Positions 12,317 to 23,062 of a DNA stretch of 64,000 nucleotides are shown in pieces. Source of the stretch: Tubulanus polymorphus (taxonomy: Eukaryota; Animalia; Nemertea); NCBI RefSeq assembly GCF_964204645.1, contig NC_134033.1:13772655-13836654 (forward strand), given 5' to 3'. The position numbers and the translations under genes were made by a program. The notes under the pieces were generated by a model. It searched no databases. It saw only the letters and a program-made list of their open reading frames with translations, and had not been told where the DNA came from. The first letter of the stretch is position 1, and every line of letters starts with the position of its first letter.

Positions 12317-13513
12317 CTACGGAATTTTGATCCATTCCGGCATGAAATATTGATCGTAACTAAAGACAATATCGGCATCTGAACCGAGTGCCCTGGCGCT
12401 GCCGAAATAAGTCGTTGTACCGTTGGCTAAAAACGCGCCCCAGAATCCAAACGATCCGATCGTTAGAATCGAGTGGTTTGATTTCGATAAGATCGCCAGA
12501 TCGACCAGACGATCCGTGCCGGGACAAAACGCCGTGTTCGGCATCGAGCCGAATTTCTCGCGGCACCATTTCAAATCATCACTACAGATCACGTATAAAA
12601 CGTTATCGTATAAACTTTCCATAATTGTCATCGCTTTTTTGAAATAATCCATCGTCGGTTGCCGCATACCCATTATTCTATAGCCGATGGTTGTAATGTC
12701 GCCACGACGAACATGAATGCCCACGTATGTCAATTTTGTACTATGTCTTTTTGTCCGATGTTTTCGTGTATAATTTGCCGTTGCATTCGCCAGGAAGGAT
12801 TCGGCTGCGTCTGTGACCGGCTTCCTGAACGTGAATTCACGACGCAGCTGATCGGACGCGTGCGGATGGAAATAACGCCAATTCTGAAAAAAACCATTAA
12901 GCACAAAATTCCCTGCGATCTTGACAGTTTTCATCAACTTCGGGTCGAAAAGGCAACAAGTCTCGTTGTAGCGATTGGTATTATTTTCGACTCGAGATTT
13001 GTATTCACTGTCCGGGTATTTTTCAGCACTTATGTTGAATATTTTCCTCAAACCGTTTCCTTCGTTGAGGTAGATGGGCACGTGACCTCTAGCTAACGCG
13101 ACCCCAACAAGAGCGGCGTACTGAAACATATTATTGCCCAATCGCGCCAGTGTAATGACCGTCATGCTAGAATTAGCGGCAACATTCTTATCGATTTTTT
13201 TCGGTGTAGGTTTAGGTGTTGTTCGTTTCGTCTGCGGACGCTGTTTCTCAGTTAACGTCTGCGGACGCTGTTTCTCAGTTAACGTCTGCGGACGCTGTTT
13301 CTCAGTTGTCGTCTGTCGACGTAGTTTCTTAGTTGAAGTCGTAGGTTGTTGTTTACTGGTCATTGCTTTCGTATCAAACAAAAAATAAACGGTCGAAATT
13401 ACGAATAACATCCCGCAAATACTAACTAAGAGATGCCGCCTCGTAGGGTCCATCAAACTGAACAATGTACGGATAAACATCATTACAACTGAAATAATGA
13501 AATTGAAGACCAT
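12317..13513 (-). CDS. GT11 alpha-1,2-fucosyltransferase, type B copy 2 (intact)
   Basis: 398-aa intronless ORF with TM anchor, TEKQRPQT stem repeats, HVRRGD and GSFGFWGA motifs. Confidence 0.93.
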   Translation of the reverse strand: MVFNFIISVVMMFIRTLFSLMDPTRRHLLVSICGMLFVISTVYFLFDTKAMTSKQQPTTSTKKLRRQTTTEKQRPQTLTEKQRPQTLTEKQRPQTKRTTPKPTPKKIDKNVAANSSMTVITLARLGNNMFQYAALVGVALARGHVPIYLNEGNGLRKIFNISAEKYPDSEYKSRVENNTNRYNETCCLFDPKLMKTVKIAGNFVLNGFFQNWRYFHPHASDQLRREFTFRKPVTDAAESFLANATANYTRKHRTKRHSTKLTYVGIHVRRGDITTIGYRIMGMRQPTMDYFKKAMTIMESLYDNVLYVICSDDLKWCREKFGSMPNTAFCPGTDRLVDLAILSKSNHSILTIGSFGFWGAFLANGTTTYFGSARALGSDADIVFSYDQYFMPEWIKIP

Positions 13514-13960
13514 TTAGTGATCCAATTATCCTTAATGAAATCCTAATAAAATGAGGAATAGATATAGGTAAACTTCCCAACTTCTGCCCAGAGGATTTCA
13601 ACGTGCATTGATCTGGCATAATTAGATTGGCTAAGGGATCGAAGCCACGGTTCGAAACGGCAATTTGAAGTTGAACCTTGATTTCATATTTATATTTCTC
13701 TTTACAAAAAACAATTAGATGGAAAATTATGTTACAATCGTGACAAAACTCAAAAATGGAGACGCAGTAGTAAATATGGTGGCTGATAAGGGCCAAATGC
13801 ATCAATTTTTACACGACCTCGATTATAGAAAAACGCAAAACGAAACCTATTGAGCAAAAACGAAGTTTTCGTTTTTGCTCTAAGTTAAAGCAGTTCAGCC
13901 ACTTGCATGTTGTCGTCTCTCTACACCTTCCAACATGACTTCTCTTGAAATAGTTACTTA

Positions 13961-14500
13961 CCGTAAAAACCGGCGTATAAGTCTACGCGGCGTATAAGTC
14001 GAGGTCGATTTTTAGACCTACATTTCATGATTTTAACATATATATCTGGCTTATAAGTCGAGTCCCTTCTCTTAGAAGAATAATTACTAGTATCATTATA
14101 TTGAATAGTTTGTTTTGATAACGATGTGTGCCTTCACGCACGTCACCACGCGTCAGCCTGATTGCTGCATGCTGTGTGTTAACAATAGACTGTTACACAC
14201 ACACTCGGGTATAGTACACTAAAAGTGATACAGTAGTGTGAGTCACACGACGCGCATATATGAATACATCGTTTTAAATAAAGCTGTGTCAAAATGAAAG
14301 AAGTTTTTTTCATTAAATAACTTTATTTATCATGAATAATTATTCAAACTGTTATAGCAGTAAGAAGATGAACACTGTCTTTTTTGTCTGGTAGAATCAA
14401 TATTTCTTGTGAGAAAATACTTCGTAGAAAACTGTACTCGGCGTATAAGTCGAGGTCAATAATTTAGTGGTAAAATCGACTTATACGCCGGTTTTTACGG
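13961..14500. mobile_element. Tc1/mariner-pogo (Tc2-like) MITE, 540 bp
   Basis: TIRs CCGTAAAAACCGGCGTATAAGTC / GACTTATACGCCGGTTTTTACGG with TA duplication; empty site AGTTACTTATATAACAATT seen upstream of the type A copies (~4512, ~11649). Truncated copy at 6782..6985. Confidence 0.9.
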
Positions 14501-15297
14501 TATATAACAATTTCATGAGAAGTCAACGTTAGATATTAGTAATTAAAACTTAGGATGCTACTAAACTTACTTGTACTGTATAGATATATTGATGTAAAAT
14601 ACTTCTGCTAGTAGCGGCCTTAATCAGACGGTTGAGTCACGCGAAGTAATGTACCGGTTATAGTATATACTTATACATCTTATGGAAAACCGGTTATCAT
14701 TGGACGTGAAAAAAACATTGACAGACTTTTCAATGCGACTTGTTGCGCCGAAGAAAGCATTTCTATATTGGATTAATATACGAATAATTTGGGTTCCATG
14801 ACAATTCTATATGATACGTGTATTCACATGTTGCGAGTCTCAGAGTGGTTTTTTGTTGTTTCATTTTTTGTTAATTTTCACATTTTTCCCACTTTCATTT
14901 AGTTTTCCTTGCGTTTGAATAACATCTTCCATAGATAATGCTTTGACGCGTGGCCAGTATAATTGTATTTGACGATGAAATCCATCTATGAACTACTTTT
15001 TGATATATAAAAAAGAAATCTGGTACAGCCTGTACTACGTTTATAACCTACGTTCAAATTCAAATTGTTTATACGTGTACGTCTACCACAACTGTTTCTC
15101 TTTTACTAGGTTTACTTTGGCACTGCATCGGGTTTGATCATCTACTCGATTTTTGATTCATTTTAGTAACAATATATATGTTTATTGAGTATGAGAGTTG
15201 AGGGCAAAAATCTAAACGCCGATAAGATAACGGAAAACAACCATTCAGCAACTGACCTCTGTACCTTGGAACATGTATTCAAACACTGGTCAATTTA

Positions 15298-15517
15298 GGC
15301 TAAACAAAAATGATACCTTGTTTCTCCGCAGCGGCCGGGTCATTTTTGTAAAATTTGATAAAATTTGTAAACAGTTCATTTCTATAGCGGCCGGGTCTAT
15401 TATGGTAAAATTGATCACGATTTTAAAAAAAGTAATGTATAGGGTAGATAGGCGGCCGGCCGGGTCAACATTTAAGCTCAGCAGAGCGGAGAAACAAGGT
15501 ATCAATTTTTTTTAGCC
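15298..15517. mobile_element. PIF/Harbinger (Tourist-like) MITE, 220 bp
   Basis: TIRs GGCTAAA..ATACCTTGTTTCTC / GAGAAACAAGGTAT..TTTAGCC, TTA TSD; sister copy 24646..24865 (TAA TSD); partial copies near 452, 1755-1935 and 59814. Confidence 0.85.
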
Positions 15518-16100
15518 TTAGACAAATTCTAAGATCGCGGAAACTGGAATTCCCATCTTTTCAAGTAAAGTTCGGATTCATGTGAAGTATCGGGTTCTAA
15601 AGTTTCGACCAAATGCACCATTTGAAAAGTTACGTGTGTAAACAAAACATTTGCCTAGCATGTATAATATAAGGAATATCCAGTAACCAGGCGCCATTTT
15701 GAGGCGGTCCCACGGGTCCCGCATTGTTGGACAGAATTTTACATTTTTCATACTTAAAACCTTTTGCGCGATTTATTGTCGTCCGTCTCCCTTTTGCTAC
15801 AAAAATTAAAGTTATATATCGTTAGAAACGTGGCAATTTGTATTTTCTGGTGATGTTTGTTTCATTTTTCCCGGCTGTAAAAATCGGACTCGGTTACTTT
15901 ACTGAACATAGAAATTTATATGAGGATTCTGTGAATATATTGCAGTGATTATCTGTAATTTTTTGTAATCGCATGTATGGACAAATCAGGGAATTTGTAA
16001 AACTTGAAAATAAAGACGCAGCGTTGGCCTCTTGAAATAGTTATCAAGTGTACGCCTACAATCAGCAATTAAAACTAAGAATATTTCATCTACTAAACTT

Positions 16101-16257
16101 AGGGATCATTCATTTATTACGTACGCATTAAATTCGAATTTTTCAACCCCCTCTGTACGCAAAATCGGCCATTTTTTCATATATAAGCATTACAGTACGC
16201 AATTGCACTGACCACTCCCCCTCCCCCAATGCGTACGCAATAAAAATCGGACCCCTG
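16101..16257. mobile_element. MITE with AGGG..TTACGTACGCA termini
   Basis: Imperfect TIRs AGGGATCATTCATTTATTACGTACGCA / TGCGTACGCAATAAAAATCGGACCCCT; related end at ~38148..38176. Confidence 0.6.
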
Positions 16258-16630
16258 ACTATCGATACGTGAGCGGTAGAATACTTCTGCTTGAACCCAA
16301 ATGAGATATAGATGAGAAATCATGAAATCGACGGGGTTCCATTTCTATTTACAATTCTATATGATACGTGTATTTACATGTTTTATACACTTTGGTGTCG
16401 TATACCGGTTTGACGTCCGTATAATTGTGCCCGTTATCAGAAAATAATTGTCGTTAGGCGGGAGTGGTACTCTTTTGGGAGGTAATTTATCCGGGGCTGA
16501 CTGTGAGAAAAGAAAACCGGAAAAAAACAACAAATAAACAACTTCATGAATTCATTTTACAAATATCAATGTACTTCACGTACATGTATTGTTATCATTA
16601 TCAAACGGTAGTCATGCAGCAAAATACAGC

Positions 16631-16718
16631 ATATATACATATACATATATACATACATATATACATACATATATACATACATATATACATACATATATAC
16701 ATACATATATACATACAT
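16631..16718. repeat. (ATATACATACAT)n microsatellite
   Basis: Direct observation. Confidence 0.9.
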
Positions 16719-16826
16719 AAATGCAACAAAAATGATAATTGTGAAAAAATTTGAATATTGTCTTATTCAATAAATGAATGTCTCTTAAAATAGCATTGTG
16801 TGCATTCTATTATATATTCTAAACTG

Positions 16827-19800
16827 CTATTTCGATTTGGGAGAGAAAAAATTCGTCAGAGATTTCATTCCTTTTGTATCGACCTGGTTGAGTTTTTTCT
16901 GCGCTCTCGACTGTTTCATATTCGTCTGTATGGAAAGCGAAAAAAAGCGATTTTTTTAAAACACGAATCCAGGAAAAAATCTACCAGGCCAATAATAATT
17001 CAGTGCGATGAACTGCCTTCTTACGCACCTTTTTGGCGTCCTTAGGAAGCTGCTGTGAGTAGTCTTCCTTTGGACCATTTTCTTTTTCCATTTTCAATTT
17101 CTGCAAAGAGAATAAATTCTTAATTCGGCGAACAGCATTCAAGGCATTATTAGCGGGTTTGGAGGTTTCATTTTCACTTTGGGGCCCGTGCATAAAGTAC
17201 GTACGTCCGTAGGGGGTGGGGGTGGGGGGTTCTTAAAATCCGTACAAAAGCGTACAGGGGGAGGGGAGGGGTCAGCTAAAAGCGTACATACTTTCCAAGG
17301 GGGGAGGGTTAATATTAATAGTACGTACTTTGTGCAAGAAACATATGTCTGTGGGTAAACCTGTCTTCCTTTAATGTATAGCAAACACTGCCTTAATTGC
17401 GAAACCGGTCTCCCTGGGTTTGTTGCATTCAATATATTATATTTGGATCTCGGGAATTCCCCACTTTCCGTCTTTCATTTCGTCGCCATGGAAGATCGTT
17501 GATCAACGTCAGCAGGAACTCTGTTGAATCAGGGTGGATTTTGCCTTCTTCAAACCATTATTCCTGAAAATTATGTTTTACTGGGGGGGGGGGGGTTACC
17601 CCTAAAAGTATGTACGCAAGGGGGGTTATAAAAAAACGTACAATGAGCGTACAAGGGGGAGGGGGGGTTAAAAATACCCGGAAGTCAAGCGTACGTACTT
17701 TATGCACGGCCCCTTTCCCCTCGACCCGCTAAAGCGCCACTCACGTTTTCATTAGCAGGTTTGATTTTCTCCCTATTGATGAGAGGCCAGAGAAGAACCC
17801 TTGACCCAGAAAGACCCTCTGCTATCATCTCCCACGAACCCAGCATTGATCAGTGAAATACTGACTTACTAATTAACTGTGTCGCCACCGGAGTTCAAAC
17901 AGAAATGCTCATACCTTTAAAGGCGGTTCTTCATTTGATTCTTCTTGAAGTTTTACTGGCGTCGGACATTCGATTTCAGGATCTTTCAAACTAAAAATAT
18001 ATTCACAACCTCAATCAGTGCACCTGTTCGTACTACAGTGGAACCTCGTTATAACCACCTCGGCTCGGATTTATCGGTTATTACAAACCTAGAATTCTGT
18101 CCCAAATAGGACTAGTTTAACCCTTTAAATGCTGACTAATTAATACCCTATAGTGCTGGAGATAATTTGAAAATTTTTAAAAATTCCACCCTAGTGTGTT
18201 GAATAACGGGAATACCACTATAGTGCGTCTATACCGCGGCGCGGTGTATCGTTAGTTACTAGTATTTCACTATGTTTGACGGCGCTGCCATCTTTCAACA
18301 GAGATAATTAGTAATTACTAATTAAATCACCGCAGTGCGGTGTACTAGCAAAATCCATCACTGATTCGTACACCGCACTGCGGTGTAGACGCACAGAAAG
18401 GGTAATAATTTCATACCGGATATATTAATGAACTATCAGTCATAACGAACAGGTTTTCTGGTCCCGAAGTTCGTTGTAAAGTGTTTCCAAATTTTTGGAC
18501 ATCGGAACATCATTATAACGTCCTCGGATTTACAGAATTAGCAGTTATTATTACAAACCTAGAATTTCATCCCAAATTGGAAAATTTCAATCATTTTATA
18601 CTGGATATAACGAACTATCCGTTATAACAAATAGATTTTCTGGTCTCCGAAGTTCATCGAACGAGGTTCCACTGTAGCAACTAATCTGATCGAGAGTTTT
18701 ATTTCGAGTTTTATTTATTCGATGTAGTGACCCTGTTTGATAACAAATCCATATGAGAATTGCCTGTTTATACACCTACCCCATGTAATCTTTTAATTTC
18801 TGAGACAAATCATCGGGCAAATAATCAGATATGATTCCGTGCGAATATAACAGATATTCCTCTGCAAAAATAGAACACGTGCGATGTACATAATACCAAC
18901 TTCGAAGGTTTGAAACTAAGATCGATTTCCTTTTTAAAAATGCTCGAAATAACATAAAACCGACCTATATTCGACTCATTCTGTTTCATAGATTTAATAA
19001 AGACGTCTGATTGGCCGCTATCGATGATGAATCGTCTCTTTTTCAGATTATCGGCGAGTCTGCGAACCTGAAGAGCATAAAAGACCGAAATGCGGCTGAA
19101 AATTTCGAAGTTGAGAAAAATACCACTGAATCCTTCCGAATCCATGCGCGTTTAATATTCGGGATCCGGTTCCACAGTTGTGAGTTAGGATTTGACTCAA
19201 GAGTTAACTCATCGGAAAAGGAACTGACTTTATCTCAGAGTTAACATATGACTGTGGAACTGGATCCAGGATTTTAAGCAATATTCTACCTTGAAGATAA
19301 ACCCGAAATATTAAGAAAACACCACAAGAAATATTTGGCGCTCAAAGTTTCGAATGACTCATAGACTTTGGTTGAGATGTCAAATGCTTTTGTAGTTCTG
19401 TCATCATATTGTGGGTTTCAATTAGACAGTTATTTATCCATTATTTTACCTTGGTTTTTAACCAAGTTAGCGTCTTCTCTTGATTGTATCTATAAGCCAT
19501 TAAATCATCATCCACACCTACAATAGAAATAAAGTGCTATAAAATCCCTCAGGGGTTCAGCTTGCCAGGGTTTGATTGCCTTCTGCCAAAAGCTCACGCC
19601 AACACAACCCTGGCCACATACCGGTATTCGTCTTTAACACTGACCAAGTTCTTGGGCGGACAGGTTGCCGCTAAGCCGACACCAGTCTGTCCATCTAGCC
19701 AATCACATGCATTGTTTTGATAGAGCATATCTGCTAATGAAAACAACGCATCTGATCGGCTAAATACATAAACTGGCGGCTGCCGAGCGAGGACAAAGCG

Positions 19801-22129
19801 AGGATGCCGGGAGTTAATTCATCCCTCATCCATGCAACTAAACCTTGTTCTTACCTCGAGTGTCAGCGATTAGGTCCAGCTGCTCCATACCTAGGCAGTT
19901 TTTGATTCGGTATAAGTCGCTGTAGGTTGAATCGGTGAGGATATCTTCTAATGGTACCGAGCGATTGTCCTAAAGATCGAAACGAAATAGATAACATACC
20001 TGCTTACCCCATATCAACCAAATGTGTAGTGCAATTTGGAAAAAGTCATAGCATATTCAATACTCTGCGTTTAACCCTTTCAGTGCGTCTACACCGCAGT
20101 GCGGTGTATAAATCAGTGATGGATTTTGCTAGTACACCGCACTACGGTGTATTGATGTGATTAGTAATTAGTAATTATCTCTATTGAAAAATGGCAGCAA
20201 GTGTCAAACAGAGTGAAATACTAGTAACTAATGATACACCGCACTGCGGTGTAGACGCACTATAGTGGTATTCCCATTGTTCAATACACTAGGGTGGAAT
20301 TTTTTTAGAATTTTCAAATTTTCTCTAGCACTATAGGGTATTAATTAGTCAGCACTGAAAGGGTTAAGGGACATTCGTAGGGCCTTTTTTAACTACTCGG
20401 AGTACGGATCCAATATTCAAATATGCCTCAATGATATCCAATGAAAATACAATCATCCATCATGCCAAATTCGTTAAACTGCATATTTTCTCGATCCCGA
20501 TGGTGGCATTACCACAGACCTTGACTGTATACTTTACAAGCGCCCCCAAACATCGCTTAAAGGTCCTCATTTTTACTTGAGATCGAAAGTAATTGAAATG
20601 TGTTCGACGGGATAAGCCTCGTGCTAGATGAATACGATGAATTTACCTTGAGAGACTTTTGAAGGTACGGCAATAGTAAGAATATCGGATCCATCGGAGT
20701 AACCAGATATAAACCACCATCTAGATGTAATAAACACACAAAATAAATCATCTCGATGAAACCTTGTCAGAAACTAACCCAAATATAATACGCCGAGTGT
20801 GGCTTTTGGCAGTCAGTAACCGGACCCCGTCAAGTGAGGACAGGGAGAATGGTCTATGATCTATTTACTGAATACACTAGAACTTGGTTAATTCTGATTT
20901 TTCTATCCGGATTTTCACTTAAACTTCCGATGATATATTCGGTCTATTGACGTACGAACCATTTAAACTACATGGGAGTCGGAAGTATAAGCAGTCAAGA
21001 GTCCCTTGTCATCCAAATGAAGTTAGTTCTACTGATATTTTCATGTTTCTTTTCTTGAATCTGACAGCGTCTGTCAATCTGACGGTGTCTGTCAATCTCA
21101 CAGCGTCTGTCAATCTGACGGTGTAACACATATTACAAAGATCAATTATCTTATAACAATCAGATACAGTGTAACATATCGATACCTTGTTGAACATGAT
21201 TTCCGATGAACCACGAACGATAGCTTTCATCAAATTTGATCACTTCGTGCAGCCGAGTTCCTCCATTGCTAATCATGAATAAACACGATTCCCCTGGAAA
21301 AAAAATTAACGCAAAATTAAAACATCGCGTTCGTTACCTCCTGTCCCCCTATGACATCATCGAATTGCAAGCGATATTATCTATAGACCGATGCGGACAG
21401 TCTGAACGAGAACTGACCTGTTTTGGGATGTCTGATTTGATAGAAATTCTGACCATTTTCTGTATCTTGAGCGCTGAGAGACGTTTCTAGAATGATTCAA
21501 AAAAATAAAAATTCTCGAATCAATTGAAGAGTTGAAAGGAGTTGCATAGAATAAAGAGAAGTGACGAGTCGTGATTTAAATGTTTAGCAATGGGTTTAAG
21601 TTTCCTTACAATATACCAAAATCTTTGATAATTTGAAAGAACTTCAGTTGCAGAGACGGATTCAGAAATGATAGCAGAGTTCAAGTGCAGTGTTTTCCCA
21701 GGTGTCAACGCCCCCTGGTGGCCATATACAAAAACCAATGACCTTGATACTCACCAAAATCATAAAACACGTTATGGGCTACAACTTTCTAATTGAATGT
21801 GGTAACAAATCATGCTTAGGTATCAATATAATGTGGAAAAACTTTTTCCCATCTACGAATCAGTACTGTCTACTGATGACACCAAGATGGCCGCCAATTG
21901 CGCCATAATTGGCTGATAAAAAATACCTATCTCAGGTTTAAAATAACCCTTGCCAAAGAATACCCATCACAAATTTCAAGGAGAAATGGCAAACAAGTAG
22001 GAAGCTACAGGACCGACTCAGAATTCGGTTCGGCCAGGTGTGTGTAGTAGGCCTCTGAGTCTGACTAAAATTACCAGGTAAAATGAGGATGCATTGATTC
22101 TGTTTTACTCTTCCTAGCTCTTCTGCCAT
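16827..22129 (-). CDS. RNASEH2B: Ribonuclease H2 subunit B (11 coding exons)
   Basis: Exons 22129-22075, 21486-21418, 21293-21186, 20720-20647, 19969-19855, 19517-19450, 19067-18965, 18861-18780, 17990-17915, 17100-17029, 16925-16827, all GT-AG and frame-compatible; motifs YRSWFI, DGGLYLVTPMDPIFLLLPYL, YNQEKTLTWLK, YSHGIISDYLP and C-terminal PIP box GMKSLTNFF. Confidence 0.95.
17181..17713. mobile_element. MITE in RNASEH2B intron
   Basis: TIRs GGGGC(C)CGTGCATAAAGTACGTACG / CGTACGTACTTTATGCACGGCCCC with internal G-rich CGTACA subterminal repeats. Confidence 0.8.
18036..18674. mobile_element. Tigger/pogo-like MITE (CAGTGGAACCTCGTT TIR) containing a nested piggyBac-like MITE (18121..18402)
   Basis: TA-CAGTGGAACCTCGTT ... 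AACGAGGTTCCACTG-TA; nested element begins TTAA-CCCTTT; family copies at 26013.. and ~35930..36270. Confidence 0.75.
19162..19267. mobile_element. Short palindromic MITE family (GGATCCAGTTCCACAGTTG TIR)
   Basis: TIR pair; related copies at ~30537-30648, ~41445-41675, ~47755-47860, ~52390-52600 (tandemised ends), ~60830-60985. Confidence 0.65.
20076..20363. mobile_element. piggyBac-like MITE
   Basis: TTAA-CCCTTTCAGTGC ... GCACTGAAAGGG-TTAA; internal TACACCGCAGTGCGGTGTA palindromes; other copies at 18121, ~23326, 29342..29592, ~47571-47662, ~58995-59193. Confidence 0.88.
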
Positions 22130-23062
22130 CCTCCAACTTCGGGAGGAATTTCTATCTATAGTGAAAAAGTGAAATTATTGAAATAAACCGCGCCAGAAAA
22201 ATCGTAAATTAACAAAATAAAGATGCGCGTAACGACCTTGAGACTGACAATTCAATTCAATTAAATTCAATTCTTTATTGGTCCTCACTTTAAACATTAC
22301 ATATAAGATTTCCACATTCAATAAAGTTACAAATTTTAAAATAACAAAATGCAAAATAGACATTTTAAAAATTTGACAGTAAGCGTACCGGTAGTGATTC
22401 ATACTCAAGGTCGTTGAGCACCGTACGCGGGTTCATTTAGACTGGTTGCCTGTCCCGATAGAGACCGGTAACCATTACCAGACCGTTTCTCATTTTTTGC
22501 ATTACGGCGGTGTTGTACCGCTATGATAATAAATAACGAGTAATAATTGCATAACGGGTAAGCTCAAAAAACGAATAGAGGTAAAAGTGCAGATCCGCAC
22601 CTCTCCGCGTTCAATCAATTACGTTAAATATCATTGTTTCAGATTCAAAATGTCATCACGACATCAGTGACGACAGTGACAGACAGTGTCATCAGCAATT
22701 CAGTACGTACATTGCCATTGGTAAATTTTAAGATATCTTCACTAGAGAGTAGAATGATTTTAGCCAGGATTCTGGCATTCAGTAGATTGCGTCAATCACG
22801 AGAGGTGTGGATCTGCACTTTTACCCGAATAGAAATTGGAGTAAGTTGGTGAGATATCTAACATGCCCCCCCCCCCCCCCCCCCCGGCACACACGTAGTA
22901 GTGGAATTTTGCGTGTTGGACATGGTCATGGAAAATTCGGGGGGGGGGGGACTCGGGGAATTTGTAAATGGGCAAAAACTGGCGCCACCCTGTTACATAC
23001 TACCCGATGATAGACTATCCCAATGATATTGATCGTTTTCATTCAACAGGTTATCAAACATC
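22130..23062. promoter_or_regulatory. Probable bidirectional promoter region RNASEH2B / RPP38
   Basis: Divergent start codons 933 bp apart; RPP38 ATG is preceded by an acceptor (TTCAACAG at 23049), implying a 5'UTR exon within this interval. Confidence 0.5.

Larger units (their letters stand above)
2829..14166. repeat. Segmental tandem duplication of the fucosyltransferase A+B unit (2829..6985 vs 9986..14166)
   Basis: Near-identical coding and intergenic sequence starting at TCATGATTTCAATCATTGGG in both copies; copy 1 has an extra ~115 bp near 5010..5125. Confidence 0.9.

Noticed and set aside
3033-13513. Bacterial horizontal origin of the intronless GT11 genes
   Set aside because: They have an animal type II Golgi TM anchor and stem, and animal FUT1/FUT2 coding regions are typically single-exon.
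20790-20842. Possible HDV-like ribozyme (TCCTCAC..GGGG on minus strand)
   Set aside because: Could not build the P1/P2/P3 pseudoknot; appears to be a dispersed repeat fragment (similar at ~19546-19610).
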